Origin: an uncultured Spirochaetales bacterium
GTDB taxonomy: Bacteria > Myxococcota_A > UBA9160 > PR03
Length of the DNA: 64,000 nt
Assembly: GCA_964353555.1 (NCBI GenBank)
Contig: CAYGWM010000001.1
Span: forward strand, 3,659 to 67,658
Reading direction: 5' to 3'
In this document: in pieces, positions 1-9,963 of the stretch
How the letters are laid out: the number at the start of each line of letters is the position of its first letter
Position numbering within the stretch: the stretch's first letter is position 1
Notes under the pieces: generated by a model
What the model saw: the letters and a program-made list of their open reading frames with translations, nothing else
The model's database searches: none
Told to the model about the DNA's origin: nothing
Made by a program: the position numbers and the translations under genes

Positions 1-1155
1 GCGGTGGAGGCGCTGCGCGCGCGCGGCTTCGACGGCCGCATCGACTGGATCGGCGCCGAGTCGCACGAACCCTACGATCGCCCGCCGCTCTCGAAGCAGG
101 TGCTGCGCGGCGAATGGGATGCCGAGCGCATCGTGCTCGCGCGTAGCGGCCTTGCGAGTCTGGCGGCCGCGCAGCACTTCGGTCGCCGCGCGCTGCGGCT
201 CGACGTGGCCGCGCGCCGCATTGAAGTCGACGACGGAAGCTCCGTCGCATTCGACGGCCTCGTGATCGCGACGGGCGCGACGCCGAGCCGGCTCCCGGGC
301 CAGCCGAAACTCGACGGTGTGTTCGTGCTGCGCACGCTCGACGACGCGCTCGCGATCCGCCGCGCGCTCGACGCGCAGCCGCGCGTCGTCGTGGTCGGGG
401 GCGGTTTCATCGGCGCGGAGGTCGCGGCTTCGTGCCGGCAGCGCGGCGCCGCGGTGACGATGGTCGAAGCGCTCGGCAATCCGCTCGAGCAGGCGCTCGG
501 CCCCGAGCTCGGCGCGCTCTTTGCTGCGATCCACCGCGATCACGGCGTGGACGTGCGCACCGGCGTCGCAGTCGCCGCGATCGAAGGCGAGCGCCATGTC
601 GAGCGCGTGCGACTCGCCGACGGGGGCGTGCTGCCCGCAGACCTAGTCGTCGTCGGCATCGGCGTGCGACCGGAAACGGCGTGGCTCGAAGGTTCCGGCG
701 TCGCGCTGCAAGACGGTGTCGTGTGCGACGCAACTTGCGCAACGAACGTCCCCGCTGTCGTTGCCGCGGGTGACGTCGCGCGCTGGACGAACCCGCGCTA
801 CGGCGAGTCGATGCGCGTCGAGCACTGGACCAATGCGGTCGAGCAAGCGGGGGCCGCCGTCGCGCGGCTGCTGGATGGGCCCGAAGCGGCGCGGCCCTTC
901 GATCCGGTGCCCTACGTGTGGAGCGATCAGTACGACGCGAAGCTGGCGGTCGCCGGTCGCCCGCGCGCGGGAGATGACGTGCACGTCGTCGATGGTTCGT
1001 TCGCCGAGAGAAAGTTCGTCGCAATCTACGGCAGGGCGGGGCGGCTGGTCGGCGCAGTTGCGATGAATCGGATGCGGAAGCACATGGATTGGCGGAAAGC
1101 GCTGCACGAGGGCATCTCATGGGGCGAGGCGGTGAAGCGGGCCGTTGCGAAGTGA
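1..1155 (+). CDS. FAD-dependent pyridine nucleotide-disulfide oxidoreductase (ferredoxin/rubredoxin reductase-like), 5' end cut by window edge
   Basis: ORF 4..1155. The opening 'EPYDRPPLSKQVL' motif and second Rossmann 'VVVVGGGFIGAEVA' are typical of ferredoxin-NAD(P)+ reductases. The N-terminal FAD GxGxxG is missing, so the gene starts upstream of the window. Confidence 0.8.
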   Translation, partial: AVEALRARGFDGRIDWIGAESHEPYDRPPLSKQVLRGEWDAERIVLARSGLASLAAAQHFGRRALRLDVAARRIEVDDGSSVAFDGLVIATGATPSRLPGQPKLDGVFVLRTLDDALAIRRALDAQPRVVVVGGGFIGAEVAASCRQRGAAVTMVEALGNPLEQALGPELGALFAAIHRDHGVDVRTGVAVAAIEGERHVERVRLADGGVLPADLVVVGIGVRPETAWLEGSGVALQDGVVCDATCATNVPAVVAAGDVARWTNPRYGESMRVEHWTNAVEQAGAAVARLLDGPEAARPFDPVPYVWSDQYDAKLAVAGRPRAGDDVHVVDGSFAERKFVAIYGRAGRLVGAVAMNRMRKHMDWRKALHEGISWGEAVKRAVAK

Positions 1156-1165
1156 TCGAACGCGG

Positions 1166-2800
1166 TCACTCCCAATGGCCCATCGCGCAGCCGTCCTTGC
1201 GGCGATCGCTCGCTCCGACCAGCATCCCATCCGCTTCGATCGCGATCGCCTGCCCACCGCCGAACACGTCCGCCATCGCTTCGCCCGGTGCGATCACCGC
1301 GTGTCCGCGCGCACTGAGCGCTTCACCGAGCGTCGTGCCCTCGTCGACACGAAGCTGCGGCGCTTCGATCGCGACGTTGCGCTCCCCCTGGAAGCGGAAG
1401 CGCGGCCGGTCGATCGCTTCCTGGGGATTCAGTCCGTGGTCCACCAGATTCGCGACGAAGTTCAGGTGCGATTGCGGCTGCACGTCGCCGCCCATCAGAC
1501 CGAAGGCCATGCGCGGACGACCGGCGCTGCGCAGCAGGCCTGGGATGATCGTGTGGAACGGACGCTTGTTCGGCGCGAGGCAGTTCGGATGATCGGGGTC
1601 GAGCACGAAGCCAGCGCCCCGGCTTTGCAACACGATGCCGGTGTCGCCGCAGCCGATGCCCGAGCCGAAGCCGGTGAAGAGGCTCTGGATGAACGAGACC
1701 AGGTTGCCGTGCTCGTCGGCCGCGCACAGGTAGACGGTGTCGCTCGCGAGTCCGGCGGCAACGCCTGCCTGCGCGCGTTCGCCGATCAGCGCGGCGCGGC
1801 GTCGCGCGTAGCCCTTGTCGAGCAGCGCTTCGATCGGGAGCGTCGCATGCTCGGGATCGGCGATGTACGCGGCGCGATCTGCAAACGCGACCTTCACCGC
1901 TTCGATGCGGCGGTGCCAATCGAGCGCGCTCGTCGAGGGCGCCGGCTCGAAGCATTCGAGCAGGTTCAGCGCTTGCAGCGCGGCGAGGCCCTGTCCGTTC
2001 GGCGGTAGCTCCAGCACTTCGACGCCGCGATACGTCGTCGCGATCGGCTCTACCCACGTCGAAGTGTGACGCGCGAGATCGCCGGGTTCGAAGCAGCCGT
2101 CTTGTTCGCGCGACGCGGCAACGATCGCCCGCGCGGCGTCGCCTGCGTAGAACGCGGCGGCGCCGCCCTCGGCGATCTGGCGGAGCGTGCGCGCGAGGCC
2201 GGGCGCGCGGAACCACTCGCCCGCGCGCGGCGCGCGACCGGCCATGAGCCAACTCGCGCGCGCTGCGTCGTTGCGCAATGCGCCGAGGCGTTCGAGCAGA
2301 AACCAGACGTGCGCGACGAGTTCAGTCACCGGGAAGCCGAAGTCGGCCGCGCGGATCGCGGGTCCGAGCGTCGTCGCGAGCGGCAGCGCGCCGAAGCGGC
2401 GCGACAGCGTCTCCCAGGCATGGACGGCGCCCGGCACCGTCGCGGAGAGGATGCCGACCGGCGCGATCGAAGTGAGCCCGCGCGCGCGATAGGCGTCGAG
2501 GCTGGCGCCGGCTGGCGCACGGCCGCTGCCGTTCAGACCGACGACGCGCCCTTCCGCGGCGGACGCGAGCAGCACGAACGCATCGCCGCCGACGCCCGTC
2601 ATCATCGGCTCGACGACGCAGAGCACGGCCGCGGTGGCGATCGCGGCGTCGATCGCGTTGCCACCGAGCCGCAGCATCTCGACGCCGGCGGCCGACGCGA
2701 TCGGCACGCTCGAGCAGACCATGCCGCGGCGCGCCAGCACGCACGAGCGCTCGCTGCGCCACGGATCGAGCGCGCGTCCGCGCCGAGTCGCGAGTGTCAT
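1166..2800 (-). CDS. ggt: gamma-glutamyltransferase
   Basis: C-terminal 544 aa of ORF 1166..3481. GGT hallmarks are present: 'GGNAIDAAIATAAVLCVVEPMMTGVGGD', the autoprocessing-Thr context 'SDTVYLCAADEHGNLVSF', and 'GLMGGDVQPQ'. ATG at 2800 read as CAT at 2798-2800. The upstream 227 codons are Arg/Pro-rich junk overlapping the real membrane gene. Confidence 0.85.
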   Translation of the reverse strand: MTLATRRGRALDPWRSERSCVLARRGMVCSSVPIASAAGVEMLRLGGNAIDAAIATAAVLCVVEPMMTGVGGDAFVLLASAAEGRVVGLNGSGRAPAGASLDAYRARGLTSIAPVGILSATVPGAVHAWETLSRRFGALPLATTLGPAIRAADFGFPVTELVAHVWFLLERLGALRNDAARASWLMAGRAPRAGEWFRAPGLARTLRQIAEGGAAAFYAGDAARAIVAASREQDGCFEPGDLARHTSTWVEPIATTYRGVEVLELPPNGQGLAALQALNLLECFEPAPSTSALDWHRRIEAVKVAFADRAAYIADPEHATLPIEALLDKGYARRRAALIGERAQAGVAAGLASDTVYLCAADEHGNLVSFIQSLFTGFGSGIGCGDTGIVLQSRGAGFVLDPDHPNCLAPNKRPFHTIIPGLLRSAGRPRMAFGLMGGDVQPQSHLNFVANLVDHGLNPQEAIDRPRFRFQGERNVAIEAPQLRVDEGTTLGEALSARGHAVIAPGEAMADVFGGGQAIAIEADGMLVGASDRRKDGCAMGHWE

Positions 2801-2829
2801 GCCGACACCGTAGCGCGCGGCCGGTGGGA

Positions 2830-3420
2830 TCAGGCGGCTCCGCGGCTCGGCGCGTCGGCGCGGCCCCAGATCCGGTGCGCCGCGAATAGCGCGGCGATCG
2901 CGAGCGCTCCAGCTACGAAGAGCAGCCACAGGTACTGATCTGCCTTGGCCACAACGACCAGCGTCAGTGTGAGCAGCAGTCCGACGAATACGAACGACCA
3001 ATCGAGATGGACGCCGGCCAGCAGACAGCCCAACGCCAGCAGCATCAGCGAGTTCAGGCCGGCCGAGACCTGCGTCTCGACGCCCGTGGCGCGGATATAG
3101 AAGTCCAGCGCGACGAAGCCGGCAATCGCGAGCCAGTGCAGGACCTGGCGCAGCACCAGGCGCTCGCCGCTCTGCTGCGAGCGCCGCCAGGCCGTGGCGA
3201 TGCAGAGCGCACCATAGATCGGGACCATCGACACCCAGTAGTTGCGCGCAAGAAGCGGCTTGGCGGTTGCGAGGCCGACGCCCAGCAGTGCCAGCACGAC
3301 CATGATCAGCGCTACCGCGGCGGTGATCTTCCAGGCGGGGGTGCCGGTCGGCGTCTGAGTCTGAGGTTGGTCGCTCAAGGGGTGGCCGATCCAGCGGAGG
3401 CCCGGGCCTCGGCGACCCAC
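2830..3420 (-). CDS. hypothetical polytopic membrane protein
   Basis: 196-aa ORF with about 6 clear hydrophobic helices and non-junk composition. No family recognised. Confidence 0.6.
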   Translation of the reverse strand: MGRRGPGLRWIGHPLSDQPQTQTPTGTPAWKITAAVALIMVVLALLGVGLATAKPLLARNYWVSMVPIYGALCIATAWRRSQQSGERLVLRQVLHWLAIAGFVALDFYIRATGVETQVSAGLNSLMLLALGCLLAGVHLDWSFVFVGLLLTLTLVVVAKADQYLWLLFVAGALAIAALFAAHRIWGRADAPSRGAA

Positions 3421-3686
3421 GTCCTCCAGTCCGTGTGGATCCCAGGCCGTCGCGCTTGCTCGTGTCCGTGATGATGTTCATTCATTCGGGTGTCCTCCGA
3501 CTGGCGACGCCGGGAGCAGCGAGCATTGCTACGACCGCGAGTTTGCGAGCCGGCGAAGCTCGCACGCGCTCCACCGATTGTCGAGCAACGCGAAGCGGTC
3601 CCGTTGGGCTCGCCGCCAGCCGAGAATCAAGCGAGCACCCGGGGCGACCGATCCCAGAGCGGAGTTGCGGTCACAAAGGGAGCGTG

Positions 3687-4091
3687 ATGGGCGATTCCGA
3701 AGACGGAGCCTCTCCGTACCGCGTTGAGGTTCTGCCGTGGGCCGAGGTCGGTTCCGGCGGGATCGTGTACCGCGAGGGGCCGGAGCCGGCGACGCTGCCG
3801 TGGAGCCGGGTCCTGCACGCTCTCGCAGCCTACGTGGGCGAGCCCGAAGGCGTCTGCACGATCGTCTTCGATCTGGTGGTCGAGCGGAAGGAGGCCGAGT
3901 GTCTCGTTTGCCGCTTCGACGCCGACCCGGGTGCGTCCGCCCAGACAGTCGCGCGCACGCTGCTCGATCGTCTTGGCCGCGGGCGCTGCTCACGATCGCT
4001 TGCCGACCTCGCCGCGGAAGGCGTCCCCACCCGCAGCTACGCCGACCTCGATTCTCTGGCCGAGGCCTCGCTCGAAGAACTCGGCTTCTAG
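3687..4091 (+). CDS. hypothetical protein
   Basis: In-frame ATG at 3687 preceded by 'aaagggag'. The acidic, balanced composition (MGDSEDGASPYRVEVLPWAE...) contrasts with the junk 5' part of ORF 3435..4091. No family recognised. Confidence 0.45.
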   Translation: MGDSEDGASPYRVEVLPWAEVGSGGIVYREGPEPATLPWSRVLHALAAYVGEPEGVCTIVFDLVVERKEAECLVCRFDADPGASAQTVARTLLDRLGRGRCSRSLADLAAEGVPTRSYADLDSLAEASLEELGF

Positions 4092-4092
4092 C

Positions 4093-4728
4093 TCACTCGC
4101 TCCAGCGCAACGAAGCCCGTTCGATGCGGCCGACGAGACCCGGCCAGCCGGCGAGCACGCGACCGGCGGATTGCGCCGCGCCGCGTACCGGTGCCAGCGC
4201 GGCGGCCGGCGTCGCGCCGAGGGCCGCGAGGGCCGAGCGCGCCCGGCCCTCGCGCTCGTAGAGATCCCCTGCGCGCGTGATGGCAGCGGCGTCGCCGGCG
4301 CGGTGCTGGGCGAGCGCGAAGCCGGTCGCGGCCAGCGCGGCGGCGCGTCGCCGCTCGAGGTGGCGAACGTCGCGCAGCCACGGACCTGCGCCGCCCGCGT
4401 GCATCCGCAGCCGCAGCAAGCCGATCGCGATCAGGCCCAGCGCTGCCCCGAGGCTCCACGTCGCAGGCGCGATCACTGCGGCGAGCAGCGTCCCCGCGGC
4501 AGCCACTGCGCGCGGCGCGACTCCGAGCAGCGACAGCGTCGCGCAGATCGCGAGCGCCTTCGCTCCAAGCTGCGGATGCGCCTGCTGCGCGAGCGCGAGC
4601 CACGCGAGTCCGAGCACGATGCGAAGCGCCGCGTCGGCGCTTCGCAACGCCGCGCCGGTCTCGGCGGGCGGCCTTCCGGCCGGCGGATCGATGGCAGAGT
4701 GCGCGTCTTCGATCGGGCTGGTCGACAT
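4093..4728 (-). CDS. hypothetical membrane protein
   Basis: 211-aa ORF with several Ala/Leu/Gly-rich hydrophobic segments. Convergent with the previous gene. No family recognised, and composition is partly like high-GC noise. Confidence 0.4.
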   Translation of the reverse strand: MSTSPIEDAHSAIDPPAGRPPAETGAALRSADAALRIVLGLAWLALAQQAHPQLGAKALAICATLSLLGVAPRAVAAAGTLLAAVIAPATWSLGAALGLIAIGLLRLRMHAGGAGPWLRDVRHLERRRAAALAATGFALAQHRAGDAAAITRAGDLYEREGRARSALAALGATPAAALAPVRGAAQSAGRVLAGWPGLVGRIERASLRWSE

Positions 4729-4846
4729 CGAGCCTCTCGAGCTGCCGCAGCAGCGCTACGTAGCCTTGCGCCAATCCCGTGAAATCTCCACACTCCCGCT
4801 GCTCAAATGAGGGTCCTGATGGACCTTGCGAGGGGTGAGGAGAGTG

Positions 4847-5386
4847 ATGAAACGAGCAGCGATCTCGCAGATCGCGGTTCTTGGCGTTGCCATCGCAGTC
4901 GTCACGGCCGGCGTGGTCGGCTGCAGCAAGAAGAAGGCGGACGAGGAAAGCCTCGAAGGAGGCACCGGCGACAGCGAGTTCAGCGCTGGCAGCAGCACCG
5001 GCGGCGGGCGCGACGGCGACTCGGCGATGACCGAGCCCGAGCGCGTGCGCGAACTGGGCTCCGTCTACTTCGACTTCGACAGCGCGTCGATCCGCGACGA
5101 CGCGCGCACCACGCTGAAGGCGAATGGCCAGGCGATCACCGGCCGCTCGGAGTGGAAGACGATCACGCTCGAAGGTCATACCGACGAGCGTGGCAGCGAC
5201 GAGTACAACCTCGCGCTCGGCGAACGTCGCGCGAACGCGGCGATGCAGTATCTGGTCGATCTCGGTGTTCCGCGGGCGCGCATGATCACGGTCAGCTTCG
5301 GCGAAGGCTCACCGGCCGTGCAGGGCAACGACGAGTCGGCATGGCGCTGGAATCGCCGCGTCGATTTCAAGGTTTCGCGCCGCTGA
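4847..5386 (+). CDS. pal: peptidoglycan-associated lipoprotein (OmpA-family C-terminal domain)
   Basis: Signal peptide with lipobox 'VVGC'. OmpA-C motifs 'VYFDFDSASIRDDAR', 'LEGHTDERGSDEYNLALGERRANAA' and 'NRRVDF'. ATG at 4847 follows 'ggtgaggagag'. Confidence 0.85.
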   Translation: MKRAAISQIAVLGVAIAVVTAGVVGCSKKKADEESLEGGTGDSEFSAGSSTGGGRDGDSAMTEPERVRELGSVYFDFDSASIRDDARTTLKANGQAITGRSEWKTITLEGHTDERGSDEYNLALGERRANAAMQYLVDLGVPRARMITVSFGEGSPAVQGNDESAWRWNRRVDFKVSRR

Positions 5387-5464
5387 TCACGCGTCTCGCT
5401 CGTTCGGTGGCTCCCCCGACGGCGGATTGATACCGTCGGCTTCCACCTCCGAGGGAGACCCCCC

Positions 5465-7111
5465 ATGCCCGTACACGGCGGCAAGATCCTTGCCCGCGCG
5501 CTGAAGAACGCAGGCGTCGAATGCATCTTCACCCTCTCGGGCGGCCACATCATGCCGCTCTACGACGGCTGCATCGACGAGGGCATCAAGATCGTCGACG
5601 TGCGCCACGAGCAGGCCGCCGTGCACGCCGCCGACGCGTGGGCGCGCTGCAACCCGGGCAAGATCGGCGTCGCCGCGATCACCGCGGGCCCGGGCGTGAC
5701 GGACGGCGTCACCGGCGTCGCCAATGCATGGCGCGCGAACTCGCCGATCCTGGTGATCGGCGGCCAGGGTCCGTTCGCGAACCTGCGCCGCGGCTCGCTG
5801 CAGGAGATGGACCACGTCAACCTGATGCGGCCGATCACCAAGTGGGCCGACTCCTGCTACCAGACCCACCGCATCGCCGAGTACGCCGAACTGGGTATCC
5901 GCCACGCGGTGTCGGGCATCCCGGGTCCGGCGTTCCTCGAGATTCCGATGGACGTGTTCATGGGCCAATGCGAATGGGCCGACGCGATGTTGCCGCCGAT
6001 CCGCACCAATCCGCCGCGGCTCGCGCCCGATCGCGTCGAGGTGCGCGAGGCGCTCGAACTGCTGCGCCATTGCCAGCGCCCGATGTTGATGGCCGGCACC
6101 AGCGTGAAGTGGTCGATGGCGAGCCCGGCGATGAACGCGTTCCTCACCGAGACCCAGATGCCTGGCTACACGAACGGCATGGGCCGCGGCACGATCCCGC
6201 CGAACTCGCCGCAATTCCTGAACCGCTCGCGTCGCGACGCGATGAAGAAGATCGATCTGATCATCCTCGCCGGTGCACTGCTCGACTTCCGGCTCGCGTT
6301 CGGGAAGACGATTCCGGCCGATGCAAAGGTCGTACAGCTCGACATGGACGCGACGCTGATCGGCCAGAACCGCTACTCGGACGTCGGCCTCGTCGGCAAT
6401 CTCGCCTGCACCTTCGAGTTGCTGCTCGAAGAGATGAAGAATGCCGGCACGAAGCTCGACTTCAGCGGCTGGCGCGACGAGCTGCGCAAGATCGAGGTCG
6501 AGGAAGAGAAGAAGGTCGAAGCCGCGCTGAACTCGAACGAGACGCCGGTGGATCCGCAGCGGATGTGCCGCGAAACGCGCGACTGGCTCGCGACGCTCGG
6601 CGACTCGATCGTGATCGGCGACGGCGGCGACATCGTCGCCACCGCCGCGAAGATCCTCCCGGTGCCGCGCGAAGGCGCGTGGATGGATCCCGGTCCGCTC
6701 GGCACGCTCGGCGTCGGCATGCCGTTCGCGCTGGCCGCGCAGCTCGCGCATCCCGACAAGCGCGTCGTGATCGTCTACGGCGACGGCTCGTTCGGCCTGA
6801 ACGGCATGGAGTACGACACCGCCGTGCGTTTCAAGCTGCCGATCATTGGCGTGATGGGCAATGACGGTGCGTGGGGCCAGATGATGCGGCCGCAGGGCGC
6901 CGTTTATGGCTGGGATCGCCTGCAGGCGACACTGCTCGAGTACACGCGCTACGACAAGGTCGTCGAAGCGCTCGGCGGCCATGGCGAGTACTGCGAGAAG
7001 CCCGAGGAGATCCGCCCCGCGCTCGATCGCGCCGCCGCATCGGGCAAGCCGGCGCTGGTGAACATCAAGATCCGCCAGGATCGCCAGTACAAGGGCGGCA
7101 TCTACGTCTGA
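5465..7111 (+). CDS. thiamine-diphosphate-dependent enzyme (acetolactate synthase / oxalyl-CoA decarboxylase / 2-hydroxyacyl-CoA lyase family)
   Basis: 548 aa. N-terminal pyrimidine-binding 'RHEQAAVHAADAWAR...GPGVTDGVTGVANA' and C-terminal ThDP motif 'GDGSFGLNGMEYDTAVRFKLPIIGVMGNDGAWG'. Confidence 0.85.
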   Translation: MPVHGGKILARALKNAGVECIFTLSGGHIMPLYDGCIDEGIKIVDVRHEQAAVHAADAWARCNPGKIGVAAITAGPGVTDGVTGVANAWRANSPILVIGGQGPFANLRRGSLQEMDHVNLMRPITKWADSCYQTHRIAEYAELGIRHAVSGIPGPAFLEIPMDVFMGQCEWADAMLPPIRTNPPRLAPDRVEVREALELLRHCQRPMLMAGTSVKWSMASPAMNAFLTETQMPGYTNGMGRGTIPPNSPQFLNRSRRDAMKKIDLIILAGALLDFRLAFGKTIPADAKVVQLDMDATLIGQNRYSDVGLVGNLACTFELLLEEMKNAGTKLDFSGWRDELRKIEVEEEKKVEAALNSNETPVDPQRMCRETRDWLATLGDSIVIGDGGDIVATAAKILPVPREGAWMDPGPLGTLGVGMPFALAAQLAHPDKRVVIVYGDGSFGLNGMEYDTAVRFKLPIIGVMGNDGAWGQMMRPQGAVYGWDRLQATLLEYTRYDKVVEALGGHGEYCEKPEEIRPALDRAAASGKPALVNIKIRQDRQYKGGIYV

Positions 7112-7170
7112 GCAAGCCTGCGGAGCAGGCGCGCAGCGAGCCGCAGGCGAGCGAAGTGCATGAGGACGCA

Positions 7171-9954
7171 ATGAAGATGGCGACGCCGGCGATCGACGTC
7201 GCTCAGCTGGCGTCGTGGCTCGCGCGCGTTGGGCCGGTCGCGATCGTCGATCTCGAGACGACCGGACTGCCGAACGATCCGGGCGCGCGCATCCTCGAGT
7301 TCGCGGCGCTGCTACTCGATCCCGGCGATGCGAAGCTGCGCGCCGTCGCGACGCTGATCCATCCCGAAGCACCGATCCCGCCCGCGATCCAGCGCCTCAC
7401 CGGCATCAGCGACGCGCTGGTGTCGGACGCGCCGCCGCTGGAAACGGTGCGCGACGCGCTGCGCGAACAGCTCCGCGGCCGCACGATCGTCGCGCACAAC
7501 GCGGATTTCGAGCGCCACTTCCTCGCGCGCTGGATCGGCGGTGAGCTCGCGAACGCCATCTATCTCGACACGCAAGACCTGCTCGCCGTCGCGCATCCCG
7601 ACGCGCCGGACCTGCGCCTCGAGGGCTTCACGCGTTCGATGTTCGGCACCGAGGAGCGTCACCGCGCACTCGACGACGCTTCGGACACGCTGCGCGTGAT
7701 GGCGCGCATCGCGTTCGGCGCCCGCGCGGGCGAACCGCGCTATGCCGCCGCGCGCGCCGCGCTCTCGAAGTACGCGCCCGATTCGCCGTGGCTCGCGCTG
7801 CTGGAGAGCGAAAGCGACGCGCGCAACGCGCCCGAATCGCGCGCCTTCGTCGAGATCGGCGCGAGCGACGAGCCGGTGGTCGAGTTCGACGAAGCGGCGA
7901 TTGCCGCTTCGCTGCGCGACGCCGCGCGCGGCGCGCGTCACTTCCCGGGCTACCGCGTGCGCGAAGCACAGGTCGAGCTGGCGCTGCGCTTCGCCCGCGT
8001 AATGGAACACGGTGGCCGCGTGCTCGTCGAAGGCGGAACCGGCGTCGGGAAGTCGCTCGCGTATCTGGCCGCGGCGATTCCCTTTGCGATGCGGGAAGCG
8101 GAACGCGCGAAGGAAGCGGGAGTGCGCGCGCGCCCGGTCGTAGTCTCGACGCGTACCAAGCTGCTGCAGGATCAACTGCTTTCGAAGGACATCCCCGCCG
8201 CCGCGCGCTTCCTCGGCTACCCGTCGCTGCGCGCGGTGTCGATCAAAGGCCGCGCGAACTACGCATGCGAGCGTCGCCTGGCTGCAGTGTTGGCCGAGGC
8301 GCGCGAGGCGCAGCTCTTTCCGGAGCAGCGGCAGGCCTACGCGGTGCTCGCCGCGTGCGCGTCGATCCGTCCGCATGGCGAACTCGGCTCGGTGCCGGCC
8401 GCCTGGTTGCGGCGCCACCCGCCGCTGCTCGATCTGCTGCGCCGCTCGGTCGCGACGCGCGCCGAGCAGTGCACGCGCGAACAGTGCGCGATGCACCCGC
8501 ACTGCGCGTTCGGTCGGCGCCGCGCAGCGCTGGCGCAGGCGCACCTGGTCGTCGCGAATCACGATCTGCTGCTGCGCTGGCCGCCCGATTACCCGGCGTT
8601 CGCGCACGCGATCGTCGATGAAGCGCACGAACTCTCCGACGTCGCCGACGAAGTGTATGCGCTCACCGTGCGTCCCGATGAAGTGCTCGAACGCATCGAC
8701 GACGTCTTCGGAAGGCCCGATCAAGCCGCGCGGCGCGAAGGCAGCGACGGCATGCTGCCCGCCTCGAAGCGACGCGCGCTGCGCAAGGACGCAGTCGCGT
8801 GGCGGCGCGCCGTGCAGCAAGAACTCGTCGCGCTCGGCCGCTCGCTCGAACCGCTCGCGAGCGAGTTCGGCGAGGTGCAGGTGCCCGAACACGCAGGGCC
8901 GCACTTCGAGGCTGCGGCGCACTGCGCCGAGATTGCCGCGCTGCGCATCGACGAGGTGTCGCGCGAGATGGAGGCGGCCGTCGATCCCGAAGAGTCGAAC
9001 GGCGGCATCGCGCGCAACGCGACCGAACTGCGCGGCGCCGCGAGCGCGTTGCGGCTCGCGTTCCAGGGCGCCGAAGACTCGGTCGCGTCGTTCGACGGCA
9101 TCGACGCGCCGTGGGATCGCTGGCGGCTCGCGGTGCGGCTGGTCTCGCCGGCGTCCGCATTCCGCGAAAACTTCCTCGAACGCCTCGAGTCCTTCGCCGG
9201 CGTCTCGGCGAGCCTCTTCGTCGGCGGCGACGCGTTCGCGGCGCTCGGCGAGATCGGCGTGACCGGCGGCGGCACGGAAGTGGAAACGCTGTCGGTCCCG
9301 AGCCCGTTCCCGTACGAGAAACACATGCGCGTCGCGGCGCTTTCCGGCGGCGCCGACCTGGTGCGCGAAACGGTGGACGTGCTCGCAACGCTCGCGCGTC
9401 ACCTCGGCGGTCGCACGCTCGGCCTCTTCACCAGCTTGCGGCGCATGAACGACGTCGCCGCTCTGCTCGCCGAGCGGCTGCGCGACGACGGCATCGAAGT
9501 GCTCGCACCGCGCCGCGCCTCGGACGACCCGAGCGCGCTGGTCGAACGCTTCCGCCAGGGTGGCGCGGTACTGCTCGGCGCGCGCAAGTTCTGGCAAGGG
9601 CTCGACCTGCCGGGCGAGCAGCTCCAGGCCGTCGTGATCGAGAAGCTGCCGTTCGAAGTACCCACAGAATTGCGGCGCCGCCGCGAGCTGCGCTTGAAGC
9701 GCGAGGGCATCGACGCCTTCGAGCGTTTCGCGCTCGGCAAGATGCTGCTGAACCTGAAGCAGATGGTGGGGCGCTTGATCCGCAGCGAAGACGATCGCGG
9801 GATCGTCGTGCTGGTCGAGTCGCGGCCGGAGAAGCGCTACTTCCGCCGCCTCGGCGACGCGCTGCCGCCGGGCTCGCGCGTGGTGCTGGCGGAGCCCGAA
9901 GACCTCGTCGCGCTGCTCACCGAAGTGGGAATCGGCGCTGCGGACGGCTGCTAG
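7171..9954 (+). CDS. dinG: DinG-family ATP-dependent DNA helicase with N-terminal DnaQ-like 3'-5' exonuclease domain
   Basis: Exo motifs 'IVDLETTGL', 'AHNADFERHFL' and 'HRALDDA'. Walker A 'GTGVGKS', DEAH box 'VDEAHEL', and four Cys ('YACERR', 'EQCTREQCAMHPHC') typical of the XPD/DinG Fe-S domain. ATG at 7171; the ORF-track 5' extension from 6871 overlaps the previous gene. Confidence 0.85.
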   Translation: MKMATPAIDVAQLASWLARVGPVAIVDLETTGLPNDPGARILEFAALLLDPGDAKLRAVATLIHPEAPIPPAIQRLTGISDALVSDAPPLETVRDALREQLRGRTIVAHNADFERHFLARWIGGELANAIYLDTQDLLAVAHPDAPDLRLEGFTRSMFGTEERHRALDDASDTLRVMARIAFGARAGEPRYAAARAALSKYAPDSPWLALLESESDARNAPESRAFVEIGASDEPVVEFDEAAIAASLRDAARGARHFPGYRVREAQVELALRFARVMEHGGRVLVEGGTGVGKSLAYLAAAIPFAMREAERAKEAGVRARPVVVSTRTKLLQDQLLSKDIPAAARFLGYPSLRAVSIKGRANYACERRLAAVLAEAREAQLFPEQRQAYAVLAACASIRPHGELGSVPAAWLRRHPPLLDLLRRSVATRAEQCTREQCAMHPHCAFGRRRAALAQAHLVVANHDLLLRWPPDYPAFAHAIVDEAHELSDVADEVYALTVRPDEVLERIDDVFGRPDQAARREGSDGMLPASKRRALRKDAVAWRRAVQQELVALGRSLEPLASEFGEVQVPEHAGPHFEAAAHCAEIAALRIDEVSREMEAAVDPEESNGGIARNATELRGAASALRLAFQGAEDSVASFDGIDAPWDRWRLAVRLVSPASAFRENFLERLESFAGVSASLFVGGDAFAALGEIGVTGGGTEVETLSVPSPFPYEKHMRVAALSGGADLVRETVDVLATLARHLGGRTLGLFTSLRRMNDVAALLAERLRDDGIEVLAPRRASDDPSALVERFRQGGAVLLGARKFWQGLDLPGEQLQAVVIEKLPFEVPTELRRRRELRLKREGIDAFERFALGKMLLNLKQMVGRLIRSEDDRGIVVLVESRPEKRYFRRLGDALPPGSRVVLAEPEDLVALLTEVGIGAADGC

Positions 9955-9963
9955 GCTGCGCGC

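Noticed and set aside
2801-3481. 5' extension of the GGT ORF (771 aa in the track)
   Set aside because: The extension is Arg/Pro/Gly-rich and overlaps a coherent membrane-protein ORF in another frame. The GGT homology begins at the internal ATG at 2800.
6871-7170. 5' extension of the DinG ORF (1027 aa in the track)
   Set aside because: It overlaps the 3' end of the ThDP enzyme gene. The exonuclease domain begins right after the ATG at 7171.
5387-7372. 661-aa minus-strand ORF, and likewise 24593-26485, 26842-28557, 33585-35639, 35044-37074, 37238-38668, 42406-44067, 56800-58296 and 62145-63572
   Set aside because: All lie opposite genes with strong conserved motifs (ThDP enzyme, SiR, CofG, amidohydrolase, sugar operon, Lhr, NtrC). 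All have junk-like Arg/Ala/Pro/Gly composition.
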